A DNA stretch of 64,000 nucleotides from Eledone cirrhosa (Eukaryota): the NCBI GenBank assembly GCA_964016885.1, contig OZ024744.1, positions 43,958,001-44,022,000 of the forward strand. The letters are read 5' to 3'. Shown one piece after another: positions 25,708 to 38,097 of the stretch. A program made the translations under genes and the position numbers. The stretch's first letter is position 1. Each line of letters starts with the position of its first letter. A model generated the notes under the pieces. It ran no database searches. It was not told the origin of the DNA and was given only the letters and a program-made list of their open reading frames with translations.

Positions 25708-25890
25708 TGGATTGGCAGTATCGGTAGAGGGTCGGACGCCATGCTTTCCAGCATAGTTACGTCCCTTTACGATCTGGGTTCAAATCCCGCCGAGGTTGAC
25801 TTTGCCTTTCATCCTTACGGGGTCGATAAAATAAAGTACCAGTAATGCACTGGGTAATTGCTGGCCTTGTGCCTAAAGTAGAAACAATTA
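25708..25890 (+). mobile_element. tRNA-derived SINE (octopus-type family)
   Basis: A-box-like TGGCAGTATCGG, B-box GTTCAAATCC, core gactttgcctttcatccttacggggtcgataaaataaagtaccag, tail gctggccttgtgcctaaagtagaaacaatt. Four near-full copies in the window. Confidence 0.88.
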
Positions 25891-26163
25891 TAGTTTATTT
25901 GGCAATATACCATATATTTAATTAGAAACATTTAGAAGACCATACGCTATCAGTTTTAAAGTAGTGACTATGTCACTTACTTCTTTTCGGCGGAAGCAGG
26001 AGCGTGCGTGGCTCTGATGAACGCCAACCAGCGTGAAACAGACTGTCAACTTCTCTCCCTTCTTTCGCCGAAAAGAAGTGACATAGTCTCTACTTTAAAA
26101 CCGATAGCGCAAGGTCTTCTAAATGTTTTTAATTAAACATACGGTATATTACCAAATATACTA
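25891..26163 (+). mobile_element. Foldback element (~105-bp imperfect arms) with a hammerhead core in its loop (26014-26047)
   Basis: Arms 25891-25996 and 26061-26163. The loop contains CUGAUGA ACGC caacca GCGU GAAA CAG a CUG UC; stem I is weak (GGCU/AACU). Confidence 0.75.
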
Positions 26164-26234
26164 TACATACATTCATGTATTCATCGCTATTTCATATATA
26201 TATATATATATATATAGCTTTGATTATTGTGTAA

Positions 26235-26324
<90 letters not shown>

Positions 26325-27380
26325 TTACACAATAATCAAAGCTATGTTCAAATCCTTTTATTGCTGACAATCATTTCTTCCAAATTATCGTTTGGAATCA
26401 TCGGAGCATTAACATTGTTTGTACATATAATTAACCTCCTATTCAACTGAACAGTCATATAGATACATGGATATTAATGTTGTCAACAATAGTTGCGTAC
26501 TTACAGAGTGGAATGAATGCGACATAGATTTCAAGAAAATTGTACAATAATTAAAATCCAAAATTAAAAGTTAAACTGCGACAGAGATTAGTATAACAAT
26601 TAGAGACATTAAGGTAGAAAGTTACTCGTTAGACAAGGACAATAACAGTACATATGCAAGCGTATAGAGAGTGTAAATGCAATAGGCATATACAGGAAAG
26701 AAACAAGCAATGGTACTAGGCATATATAATTTCTGCGAGGCAAAGGTATCACATAAAACAACCTATGTTTACAAGCAGGCAAAGTTGTTTTTGTATTAAA
26801 ATTATTAGTTTATGGTGTATGTAGTGTGATTATTGTTTCTGTAATGTTCAAATGTATATGTGCTGAGAGTATCAATGTTATTGCTATCTTTTCCATTACA
26901 TTGGCTATGTTTTATTTTAGTGAATGTTCTTAATCAGTCACAGCCATGGATTGTACACCGGTCCTATTATATTGTTATCCGGGGTTCGAGTTGTTGTTGA
27001 GTGGTTCCTCTAACGGTTTAATTTCCGGAAGTGAGTTTGATCTATATTAAGGGGAGCTAATACGAAAGGGGAGGTAACTAGCGATTACATTGTAAATGAA
27101 TTTAGAAAAATGTAAAGTTGTTTACAGCTCCAATTAGTTAAAATTCTTTGTGTTGCTATACATTATATTGTGCTATAAGTGAATCCCTTTTATATAATGC
27201 TATTTGTTTGTGTTTAATTTTAAATATAATCTATTTTACATTAAAGGTCCCATTATAGTGTTATCTATCCATTACAGAATAAAGTATATGTAATGTATAG
27301 GAAATGGGTAAGAATGTATAGTTGTTTACAGGTCTAATTAGTTAAATATCTTTTTCTATTAATATACATTATATTATGTT

Positions 27381-27426
27381 CAGTAATGCACTGGGTAATT
27401 GCTGGCCTTGTGCCAAAAAGTAGACA
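27381..27426 (+). mobile_element. SINE 3'-tail-only insertion with a 13-bp target-site duplication
   Basis: cagtaatgcactgggtaattgctggccttgtgccaaaaagtagaca flanked by attatattatgtt (27368-27380 and 27427-27439). Confidence 0.8.
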
Positions 27427-27463
27427 ATTATATTATGTTATAAGTGAATCTCATATATATAAT

Positions 27464-27654
27464 TGTTTCTACGTTTGGCACAAGGCCAGCAATTACCCAG
27501 TGTATTACTGGTACTTTATTTTATCGACCCCGTAAGGATGAAAGGCAAAGTTAACCTCGGCGGGATTTGAACTCAGACTGTAAAGGGACGTAACTATGCT
27601 AGAAAGTATGGCGTCCAACCCTCTACCGAAAAATGCCAATTCACCGCCCTCACC
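27464..27654 (-). mobile_element. Full-length tRNA-derived SINE with ~20-bp TSD
   Basis: Reverse complement of the SINE; flanked by gtgaatctcatatatataat at ~27444 and ~27655. Confidence 0.88.
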
Positions 27655-27986
27655 GTGAATCTCATATATATAATGCTATTAATTTATATATTTAATTATA
27701 AATACAATTTATTTTCCTATACTACATTAAGTGTCTCATCATATTATTATTTATCCATTCCTGAATATAATATAAGCAAGATATAGTGGTTATATTAAAT
27801 GGTGTTAGTTTTATGTTTATTCCTAATAGTTATTGTATAGTATAAAGTTTCAGAGAAAAAGAAGTTAGGTAGAGTGATGAGCTGATCACATAGTGTGATG
27901 CTGTGGGGGTACTAATATCCTGATAAGACCTAGAGGTGAAGTGTTAATAGTGGTGAGGAATTCAGATCTGACATTGTTATATATCA

Positions 27987-28115
27987 GCAGCTAGGTTTAA
28001 AGCTATGGAAAGAGTGTCGGTGGTAGTGCGCAGCTAGGTTTAAAGCTATGGAAAGAGTGTCGGTGGTAGTGCGCAGCTAGGTTTAAAGCTATGGAAAGAG
28101 TGTCGGTGGTAGTGC
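27987..28115. repeat. Perfect 43-bp tandem triplication
   Basis: gcagctaggtttaaagctatggaaagagtgtcggtggtagtgc at 27987, 28030 and 28073. Confidence 0.95.
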
Positions 28116-28553
28116 TGGCACATCGAAAAAAACCTCTGATTTTCTATTTAGGAGATCTAGCTTAGAATAGATTATTGTTCGGATCTAGATGACAGAGGTT
28201 ACATAATTTATTTGGTGGTTTATACGCTGCAGCCCTATCTACTATCTCCCATTGAAGTGTATATGTTCTATTCCTAGATATCAGAGAGTGTATGTAGTTA
28301 GATAAAGAAGTGGAGTTGGCTAGATTGTGATTTTTGAACGTGTGGAGATTCGAGTTATATCTCGATTATTGTGTAACTTATATTCAGGCTCTGTAAAACA
28401 TCTCATGTATTTACATTGAGCTATTTTTCTTACTGATAATAAGGTAGTAATAAATTACTGACCTTTCATGTTTATAGTTGCATATAGTGTATACATAATT
28501 ATAAATAATATTATTATTATATATATATAATGTTTTCGGAGTGGAGTTAACTA

Positions 28554-28604
<51 letters not shown>

Positions 28605-28606
28605 TA

Positions 28607-29292
28607 AGGAAAAAAGATGAAATCGAAAATGCAACTGGAGTCTTATTTTTAAAAAAATATATATTTATTTGGTTCCTTTATCGATTTCGCAGTTCTTCTA
28701 CTTTTCAAAAGTAGAGTTGAGATGGAGGGTCTGTGGTTTTACTCACATCTGGTTGGTCTTTGAATGTTACTTGTTTTATATGGAAAAAAGTGGCTCGAAA
28801 CGCCAGGTTTTTAGAGAAGTAATTTGATTGGTTGGTCAATAAGTATAATAAATTTCGCGCCAGTTCGCGTTACAGAGTTCTTCAAACAGAGGGGGGGGGG
28901 GGCTCAGGTTGTTTTTTTCATATATGAGTGAAGTTGGTTGGTTGATGCAGTCACGTGAATAAGCACATCAGCTTTCGCGCCAGTTTATTTGAATTTCTTT
29001 TTACTTCAAAAAAGTGGCTCACGAAGGCTATTTTTTATAAATGTAATTTGATTGGTTATAAATGAAATTATGATTGTCACGTGAACAAGTTCATTAAATT
29101 TCGCGCCCGTATTTGGGAATTTATTTTGTAGCCTTTTAGAGAATTTGATGACAAACAAAAGATAATAGTCAAGAGAAATGGGATGGGGAGAATTGTTCTG
29201 GTTCAGTGAATATGGCTGGTTCGCTGGGGTGTCAGAATTCAGACTTTCTATTGAAATAAAGAAAGTAGTGATATGTATGTTTATTTGTGTGC

Positions 29293-29355
<63 letters not shown>

Positions 29356-32150
29356 TGTGTGTGTGTGTGTAGGAAGATGATTCTATTAGTAGAAATGGGG
29401 GAGGGAGTTGTGTGTGTGTGTACGGGTGTTATGTGTGTGTGTGGGAGTATGTTAAGATGGAGAGAATATATATATATTGTGTGTGTGTATGTGTGTAGGA
29501 AAGTGATTCTATTAGTAGAAATGGGGGAGGGTGTTATGTGTGTGTGGGAGTATGGTTAGTATGTTAAGATGAAGAGAATATATATATTTTGTGTGTGTGT
29601 GTGTGTAGGAAAATGATTGCGTTAGTAGAAATAGGGGAGGGAGTTATATGTGTATGGGGGTGTGTGGTTAGCATGTTAATGTGTTAGAGTATTAACGTAT
29701 GTTAAGTTTTATTTAGTTCTGGTTTTTATTTTCTAAAGTAGCAGGTGTCATGTGTGTGTGTGTATGTGTCTGTTTGGATGGTTAGCATGTTATGGTGTTG
29801 ACATAATGTATATTAAACTATATTTATTGCTGGTCTATATTTTTGAATAAACATATTTTCCTTATTTATTCGTATTTGTTCTGTTGTATTGTCAGCGCAA
29901 AGGTAAAATGGGAAGACTTGGAATTTGGATGTCTTATTACTTGCGCATATGTCTAGATGTGCACTTAGTGGTATCTGTCTCGTGGTTGGATCTCGTAATT
30001 GTTGTCGATGAACTGTCATTCGGTTTCTGAGTGTGAGTTTAGTTTGTCCTATATAATCTTCATTGCATCCTTTACATTTAATGGCATAAATTAGATTTTT
30101 TGATGAGCAAGTGAAGTGATTTTTTACAGCAAAATTTTGTCCTGATTGAAATGTATACGTGTTGCCTTTAATGAGGTGAGTGTAGGTTCCTCAGTTAGAG
30201 CGACCACATTTTTTGACCGTTGGTTGTGGGTTTGTGGTAGGTAATTTGGCATTGGTGAGTAATGTTTTTAGTGATTTCGGTTGTCTTTACCTTTTGATTA
30301 TTTTGTGTGTTTCAGGGGCTTTTTTCAATCTTGGGTCTTGTTTCAATAGGAGGATGTTCTTGTGAATAGTGTGGTAAGCTTCCGCATTTCTTGGGTTGTG
30401 TGTTGAGATATATGATAGAATATTGGACGTACCTTTAATTTGTTTCTGTTTTCGTAATTCATCAATGCCTATTGCTTTAGCCCTTTCTATTCCATTATTT
30501 ATTAGTAATGGTGGGTACTGTCTTTCGAGTAGAATTTCTTTTAATTCTTAAAGTCTTTTATTTCACGTTTCATAATTGGAGACAATTCTGCAAATTCTTC
30601 TTGCTAGGCTAAAAGGGATGTTCGTCTTCGTGTGCTGTTGGATGGTTGGAGGTGAATAGCAGGTATTGTTTCAAATCTGTTGGTTTGTAGTGTATGTCAG
30701 TTTCAATATTTGTGTCTTTTTTTAAGATTAAGATGTCCAGAAATGGGAATTGATCTTGGCTGTATTCCATTGTGAATTGGATGTGGTTATTGATGCCGTT
30801 AATTAAATTTTTGAAATCATTCAGTTGGTCGAGTGTGTGGGACCAAAGAATGAGACAATCATCCAAGTAGCGTTTCCAATTCTCTGATAAATATTTGTGG
30901 AAGTTCAATCCGTATTTTGATTTGGACTGTTCATATATCTGAACTTCTAAGTATGCCATGACTAAGTTGGCATAAGTTGGAGCGGCTTTTGTACCCATCG
31001 CAGTCCCCGATATTTGCTTGTAAGTACTACCATCGAAATAAAAAAGTTGTTCTGTAAGATAAATTTTAATCCCTCGGTGATGAAGCTTTTTTTCTATTCT
31101 GTCAGGTATCTCATTGGGATATTTCTCTAGCCAGAATCCTATTGCTTTTAGTCCATATTGGTGTGGGATAGTTGTATAGAGATTCACTACATCGAAAGAC
31201 ACAATAATAGTGTCGTTGTTGACATGTTTGGGGAGGTGGTTTAAGATGTCCAGATCGTCTCTTACAAGGCTTGGTATGTGTTTGAGAATTGGTTTTAGTA
31301 TGTCTATAAAGTTGCTTAGTCTGTGTGTTTCACAATGTGGGCCCCCTACAATTGGTCTTAATTGAAGGTATGTGGGGTATTGTGTGTTCACGCAGGATGA
31401 GGTGGATTGTTTACAGGCATCGTTAATTATTTTACACTTGTGGATCTTCAGAAGTCGGTAAAGGTTGCTGGTTTTGTATTCAAAATGTATTAAATAATCG
31501 CGTTTCTTTTTAGTTAAGTCTTCCTGGTATCGACAAATCAGTGTGTTTAATCTGGTCATCGTTTTTGATTGCTTGTAGTTTTTTACTCTTTCATAGTAGT
31601 TAGTATTTTGTAAGAGAGAGAACATAGAATGTTTATATTTTTCAGCATCCATAATGACAACAGCACTTCCCTTGTCCGCTTCCTTAATTATAATGTCCGT
31701 ATTGTTTTTTAGTTCATGGATAATCTCCCATTCCCTTCGACTTGTGTTGGGTTTGGGTTTAGGGTGCGGTAGTTCATGGTATGGGAAAGTAGCTATGTGT
31801 AAGTTCATGGTATGTGAAAGTAGCTGCTTTTATTCCGTACAATTGATTGGTCGTTATTCTCCTTGTCAAAAAAATTCCTCTGTGAGACGTAATTTTCTAC
31901 AGAAGTGTGAGATATCGTCATTTATCTCATTGAGGTTAGAGTATTGTGGTGTTGGTGTGAATTTCAGTCCTTTGGAGAGAATTTTAACTTGTTGGGCTGA
32001 AAGCTTTGTATTTGAAAGGTTGATTATTTTCGGTTTTTCAAAAATCGGTTGGTGCCACCGGGTGTCGTGGGTACTGTAGCCTTGGTCTAAAAAATGATTT
32101 TTCTGGAATGTTTTTTCATGGGTATTATTATATATAATGGCATTTCCCAT
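28607..32150 (-). mobile_element. Near-full-length decayed PLE, Neptune-like (RT + Cys linker + GIY-YIG), with 3' pseudo-LTR
   Basis: INLSN...LSKGLKFTPTP, IKEADKGSAVVIM, RPIVG, SFDVVNLYTTIP, GTAMGTKAAPTYANL, RYLDD, FLDI, YKPTD, FTCSSKNLIYAI...YIGQT...RMTVHRQQ, with frameshifts. Decayed hammerhead (UUGAAAA...GAAA UCGA UA) at 28675-28712; ends in (TA)n. Confidence 0.92.
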
Positions 32151-32169
32151 GTTGTGTGGTCTACCATCC

Positions 32170-35100
32170 CCACACAACAAACCCACAACCATCATTACTT
32201 CCAACATAGAACCCAAAATACACAGCTACCACACATGTCACATAGGGCCTCACAACCACACACCAACTATAAGGAAAACCCTAATCTACCCTCCCACACT
32301 AACCACATCCTACTACAACTACACCAGCAGGGGACAATACAACCACACGAGACACCCTAACCACTACAACCACCATAACTACACACCATATAACAGCAAC
32401 AACAGGACTCAATATGAACACACAAGACAACTTTACTACAACTACCACCAAGTCTACACACCCTACAACAACAGCAGTGCTCAGCACAACCATACGATAC
32501 AACCCAACTTCAACAACCACTACAACTTCACACGCTATAACCACGTCCATCAAATCTACACACCCTACAACAACATCAGCAGATCTCAATACAACCACAC
32601 GATACAACTTAACTTCAACAACCACCATAGCATCACACTATAAACAACAACACCAGGGGCCAATACAACCATAAGATACATCCAAATTTCAACAGCTACC
32701 TCAACTTCCGTAATCATTTTTTAGACACAGCACACAGACACAGGATAACAAGATAACACAAAACACACAGAAGACACAAAAGTAATAAAAGTTGTTAATT
32801 TAACCTCTAAAGAATTAACAACAGACCAAATCAATATACTCTACAAAGGTCTAAAATGTATACCAACTCCCCAACAACCAAACTACCCCGAAATGAAGGA
32901 AGATATTGCAGAATTCTGTAGAAAACTAAGACTCAGCGACAAATACAATGAAGATGAATCAATAGCCAGAAATAGATGCAGCTACACCCCACCAAAAGGC
33001 AAGAACAAATTCTGCGAACATATAACTAATTACCCATTCCACCACCTACACAGACATAAACAAAAACCAAACCTAAGCAAAAAAGAATGGAATGTTTTAA
33101 CAGTCTAAAAAACGACAAAACTCTAACAATCAAAGAGGCAGATAAATGGAGTGCAGTAGTTCTTATGGGGATAGATTACTACACGACTCTAGTACTCTCA
33201 ACTCTAGAAAACTAAACATATTATGAAAAGGCCCAACACTACCCACAACAGAAAATAATGAGTAACCTAAAATCCCTAACAACCCTTTACAAAGAAGGCC
33301 TTACAGACAAGGAATACAACTACATCACCAATTTCAAAGGCAGAACCAGCCTCTTCTACGGTATCCCAAAGACACACAAAAGCGAAGTAGGGCCTGCAAG
33401 CAAGCCACAGACGTCTACATAAATATAGCCCCTCCTGATGACCTTAAATTAAGACCCATAATAGTAGGCATCACATGTGAAACAACTTCCTAAACAACTT
33501 CCTAGATATTCTGCTTAAACCTTTCCTAAAACACATAAAACGCTTCATAAGAGACGACCTTGACATGCTCAACCACCTCCCAACAACACTCAATAACGAA
33601 CATACCCTACTAGTAACCTTTGATGTCATCAATTTATATTCCAATATCCCACACAACCTAGGTATAGAGACAATACAATTCTGGCTTGAAAATTTCCCTA
33701 GTGAACTCCCACAGCGTATCCCTAAAGAATTTGTGTTGGAGGGACTCGAATTCATCTTAGAAAATAATTTCTTCGAATGCCAAATCCTACAGGCAGAAAT
33801 CTGGGACTGCTATGGGCACGAGAGTGGCCCCCTCATACGCCAACCTTGTCATGGGATATTTGGAAACCACTGTCTACCGCAAAGTTCTAGACAAATACGG
33901 CAACCACTTCTACTAACACATAGAAAAGAACTGGAAGAGATATCTGGACGACTGCTTCATACCCTGGCATGAAAGTACAGATAGACTGTTTGAGTTTAAA
34001 ACCCTTCTAAATGGACACAACACAAACTTGCAATTCACAATGGATTACAGCCATGAACAACTCCCTTTCCGCGACATCCTCATCAAGAAAACAAACAACA
34101 AAATAGAAACAGACATATACTACAAACCCAAAGACTCCAAACAATACCTTCCATTCAACTCATGCCACCCTCGACATACCAAAATGGCAATTCCTTATAA
34201 CCTAACCAGAAGGATCTGCACAATAGTTTCAGATAATAGTTTCACATAATAGTTTCAGATAATAGTTTCACATGCTACACACGACTAGAAGAATTAAAAA
34301 ACACACTTATCAGCAGAAACTACCCACCATCCCTAATCAACAATGGATTCCAACGTGCCCTAAAACTCAACATCCAGGAACTCAGACACCCCAAACCCAG
34401 GAATGAGCCGCAACAGAAAACTCTACCATACATCTCCACACACAACCCCCTCAACAATGAGGTATTCGACACCATCCTCCAGAACATTCCTTTACTAAAA
34501 AGAGACCCAAGAATGAACAAAATTCTCCAAACACACAACATCTTAAAGAGCAAAAAACAACCTAAATCCATAAAAAAAAAACATCCTCACACAAGCCAAA
34601 ATCCCACAAACCCTCACAATGAACCCTACAGTAACAAAATGCGGAAGGCCCAATTGTCGGATATGCATAAATCTAATAGAAGGTTCAACATTCCATTTTA
34701 AACAAGGACAACATTTCGCAGTTAAACACAACTTTACATGTGCATCTGAAAACCCAATCTATGTTTTGACCTGCTCAGATTGTCAAGAGCACTACATAGG
34801 ACAGACAAAAAACAGCCTCCGACAACGTATGACCGTCCATAAATCACAAATCAAAATACAGGAATACAGAAAGATTGCATTTAGTGAACATATCGCCAAT
34901 TGTGCTCCCAAACAACATCCAAACTTTAAAAATTTCCCCATTTATAAATTCATAGACAACGCTACTTTCATCCATCGTACCAATAAAGAAACGTATTTCA
35001 TTAACAAATTCCAACCTCAACTTAATGCACTAAACTTCGGACTAAACTAAAACTGGAACGAACAATGAAACATTTACAAATACCTATGTCTCTAAAGAGT

Positions 35101-35681
35101 TACCTCCCTCACAACCTACCTAATCCTTTTTCTTAAATAAATTAAATACCATCTACCATTTCTCTCCCACCCTGAATTACCTCCCCCTGCATATTAACTC
35201 TCTAAAAAGGGAAATCATATCAAACCCCAGTCCACCATTTGCCTCCATCATGGATCAACTAGGCACTCTTGCTATATTAACACATTTTGATCTCCTTATC
35301 TTCAAGAACTATGCCTATAAATATCATTATTTTTTTGTTTCACATTGCCTTATTATGCTCCACATTAAGAACCTTTTTTTCTTTTTTCTTTTCACTTCAT
35401 AAACCTTGTTTGTATATAACATTATTCTTTCTGCACCACTTCTTTAACATGTCCAACACCACGATTGTACACCAATACATATTATTATCATTTGATAATG
35501 CATAAACATGCTGAAACCGGTAATAGACAATTAAATATATAAATAAATAAGTAAATGCCATTGTTAATTAATAAATAAATCAACTAATACCTTAAACCTT
35601 CACACAAAGTGAAATATTTCGTTTTAATCATTTTCTAACCCAGAAAACTTTTCTTCCTAATAATCATCTTTTTCTCTCTGT

Positions 35682-35685
<4 letters not shown>
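32170..35685 (+). mobile_element. Near-full-length decayed PLE, Neptune-like, diverged from and head-to-head with the 28.6-32.1 kb element
   Basis: N/H/Y-rich N-terminus, LYKGLKCIPTP, IKEADK, LRPII, TFDVINLYSNIP, GTAMGTRVAPSYANL, RYLDD, YKPKD, CGRPNCRIC, FTCASENPIYVLTCSDCQEHYIGQTKNSLRQRMTVH, with stops and frameshifts. Decayed hammerhead (UUGAUAA...GAAA CCGG UA) at 35492-35522; ends in (TA)n. Confidence 0.92.
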
Positions 35686-35737
<52 letters not shown>

Positions 35738-35739
35738 TT

Positions 35740-36850
35740 GTGTAGGGGTGAGTTTTATTGTAGTACAATAAAGCAATGCAAATATCGAATAAGTAGCATT
35801 CTACAGTTTGTAGGACTGGAGTATAAATAATATAAGATCAAAAGATGGTTAAAAGCGTTCCAGGTATTTTTTTATGCGCATTTCAAAAACAAATATCATC
35901 ATGAGATGACATTTGCGTTTTCGTCAGATAAAATAGGGATACATGATATGAAGGTTAAAAAACACTTGTGAATAGTGAAGTTTTAAATCAACATATTGAT
36001 ATGTTGATTTAAAACTTCAGCATAAATCTAAGGAAGCTAAAACATTAAAAGGCAAAGAATAAGCATGAATGCATATAATTAGGGGAAATAGGTACTAATA
36101 AATGTTACTCTATATGGAATTATAGTGAGTTGCTATTTAGAATATTTAATTAGGTTTATAGTATTTAATTAGGTTTATAGTATTTAAATGTTTTTCGTAT
36201 ACGGTGATTACAAACTATGGTCAATTCCTATCTTTTATTTAATAAATCGTCCTTAGATTTAGTAATTTCCAAGATCTCCCCTGAACATAATCTGCATTCC
36301 CTCCTGTTTCCAAGATATGGAGTTCTTTGTAGAATGGTGTTCTACGATAACTTGAAATCTATTTTTTTCTTTTTATAATTATTTACCACTTCAGCTAAAG
36401 ATATGGTGTTAGCTAGTTTAGTATTGTTGAAACTACTAGAGTGTGCGTAAAATCTTTTCTTAAATGTGTTTGATGTAGATCCTATATATGTTTTGTTGGA
36501 GTCTGTAGTAGACACAGTGCATTTATATATTACATTATTAATCAAGCAGTTTCCATTTAAGGGGCAAATGCTTCTATTTCTGCAATTACAGCCATACGTA
36601 AGATGGTTATTGGGGGTGCCTATACTATTCTCATTAATCCTTGAGCTATTTCTATTGTAATTAATGATAGCAGGAGAATGAAGGTTGCTTTGTGGGTGGC
36701 TTGGTGCTAGGGTTGTATTGTGATTTTGTGTACTGTTGTTTTTACGTTGGTGATTTGGGTGCTTGTGTGTTCTACTTTGAAGGATTGTATTATTTGCCTT
36801 TTTAAAAAGTGCAGTCCTATTTAAATTATGTGCGGTGGTGTAGTCATATT
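35740..36850 (-). mobile_element. PLE fragment (GIY-YIG + 3' hammerhead region), near-identical over 36020-36625 to 20661-21260
   Basis: YGCNCRNRSICPLNGNCLINNVIYKC...YIGST on the minus strand. A 19-bp-arm hairpin (gaagttttaaatcaacata-ttga-tatgttgatttaaaacttc, ~35977-36018) sits at the junction. Confidence 0.85.
35865..35935 (-). ncRNA. Type I hammerhead ribozyme motif, core intact
   Basis: Minus: UAUUUUAU CUGACGA AAA C GCAAAUGUCAUC ucau GAUGAUAUUUGU U UUU GAAA UGCGCA UA AAAAAAUA; stem III UGCGCA is palindromic. Confidence 0.75.
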
Positions 36851-36856
36851 ATTTAT

Positions 36857-37040
36857 GTGGATTGGCAGTATCGGTAGAGGGTCGGACGCCACGCTTTCCA
36901 GCATAGTTACATCCCTTTACGATCTGAGTTCAAATCCCGCCGAGGTTGACTTTGCCTTTCGTCCTTACGGGGTCGATAAAATAAAGTACCAGTAATGCAC
37001 TGGGTAATTGCTGGCCTTGTGCCTAAAGTAGAAACAATTA
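36857..37040 (+). mobile_element. tRNA-derived SINE
   Basis: Same family as 25708-25890. Confidence 0.88.
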
Positions 37041-37938
37041 TTTATATATATATATATATAATATCAGGTGTGTGGGTGATACATACGAGAAGCCTGTCTC
37101 TTCGCTCAGTACGCTTGATGTTAATAGTAAATAAAAACATCAGTGCCACCACTACCTCCCACAATAATTTTACCTTTGTTAAGCGTGGACATTTTGTTCG
37201 TTTCAAAGTATTATAATTAACAGACTATATCATTATATACAGAATAAGCTTCGTCCTTAGTGGCTAATAAAGAACTTTATACAGAATATATTGTATACAT
37301 GATTCAGTACATCCCCATAACTTAGGTACAATGGCACCTTCTCCAGAGGTAACCTGTTGTAGTCCAAGGTAGCAGTCCCAGATTTTATTGGCCGACAAGC
37401 CGAGGATCGCAACTTGTGGAAGTATCGGTTGCTCTCTCATAAGTTTGTTGTCAAACCTGTAGCAGTTGAGACTTCTGGTGTTCTTGGATCTCCTGACCAT
37501 CTCCCTATTTCCTGCTATCACGGCTGAGTTACCCAACCTCATGCATAAACCTCGCCGCCAGTTGGAATGTTCTTTTAATGTTGCCTCCTTCACCACCCTC
37601 CAGGGTCACGTTTTCTCTGTTCTCCTCTGTTAGGACCACAAAGTGGCCTGTACATGGGCTCCCACACTTCCACACACTGCTCGGGCCCATATCACTGGGG
37701 TATCGATGTTGAATTGTACTACATAACCATACAATTACCTAACTATCAAATCCTTTCCTTTAAAATTGCAGAAAATAAGAAAAGACAACAACATTTCATT
37801 ATCCATTAATCAGTATTTTATTTCATTATCCATTAATCAGTATTTTATTTCATTATCCATTAATCAATATTTTATTTCATTATCAATTAATCAATATTTT
37901 ATGTAATAATATCCCCAAGACTTCAACAATACCATATG

Positions 37939-38097
37939 TCAGGTTTCAAGGTGATTATCTATCCATCTTCGGAAATAGGCGACATTACTAAAGGCACTGA
38001 TTTCATGGTTGCATTTAATACCGAAAGATGTCACTCCAGCCAACACCTTTTGTCCAGTTATTTTACTGGGACAGTACAAAGGTCCACCAGAATCTCC
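37939..38097 (-). pseudogene. S1 serine protease, copy 2, last exon (GDSGGP); splice acceptor mutated AG>AA
   Basis: Reverse complement of 18808-18966 with one N>I change (FGIKC). The acceptor reads ttccaa|GGAGAT instead of ttccag|GGAGAT (position 38098). Confidence 0.8.

Larger units (their letters stand above)
26321..28380 (-). mobile_element. Decayed PLE 3' fragment (GIY-YIG C-terminus + long 3' region) with a short inverted copy of its 3' terminus at its 5' end
   Basis: Minus strand 28350-28115 reads, across frameshifts, TFKNHNLANSTSLSNYIHSL...YTLQW EIVDRAAAYKPPNKLC...DLLNRKSEV. taagttacacaataatc at 26321 is mirrored by gattattgtgtaactta at 28364-28380 and at 26223-26239. Confidence 0.7.

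Noticed and set aside
25708-25800. tRNA gene suggested by A and B boxes
   Set aside because: No cloverleaf; continues into SINE core and tail, and occurs as dispersed copies with TSDs.
32137-32674. Mucin-like T-rich and V-rich ORFs
   Set aside because: Alternative frames of the low-complexity N-terminal region of the plus-strand PLE.
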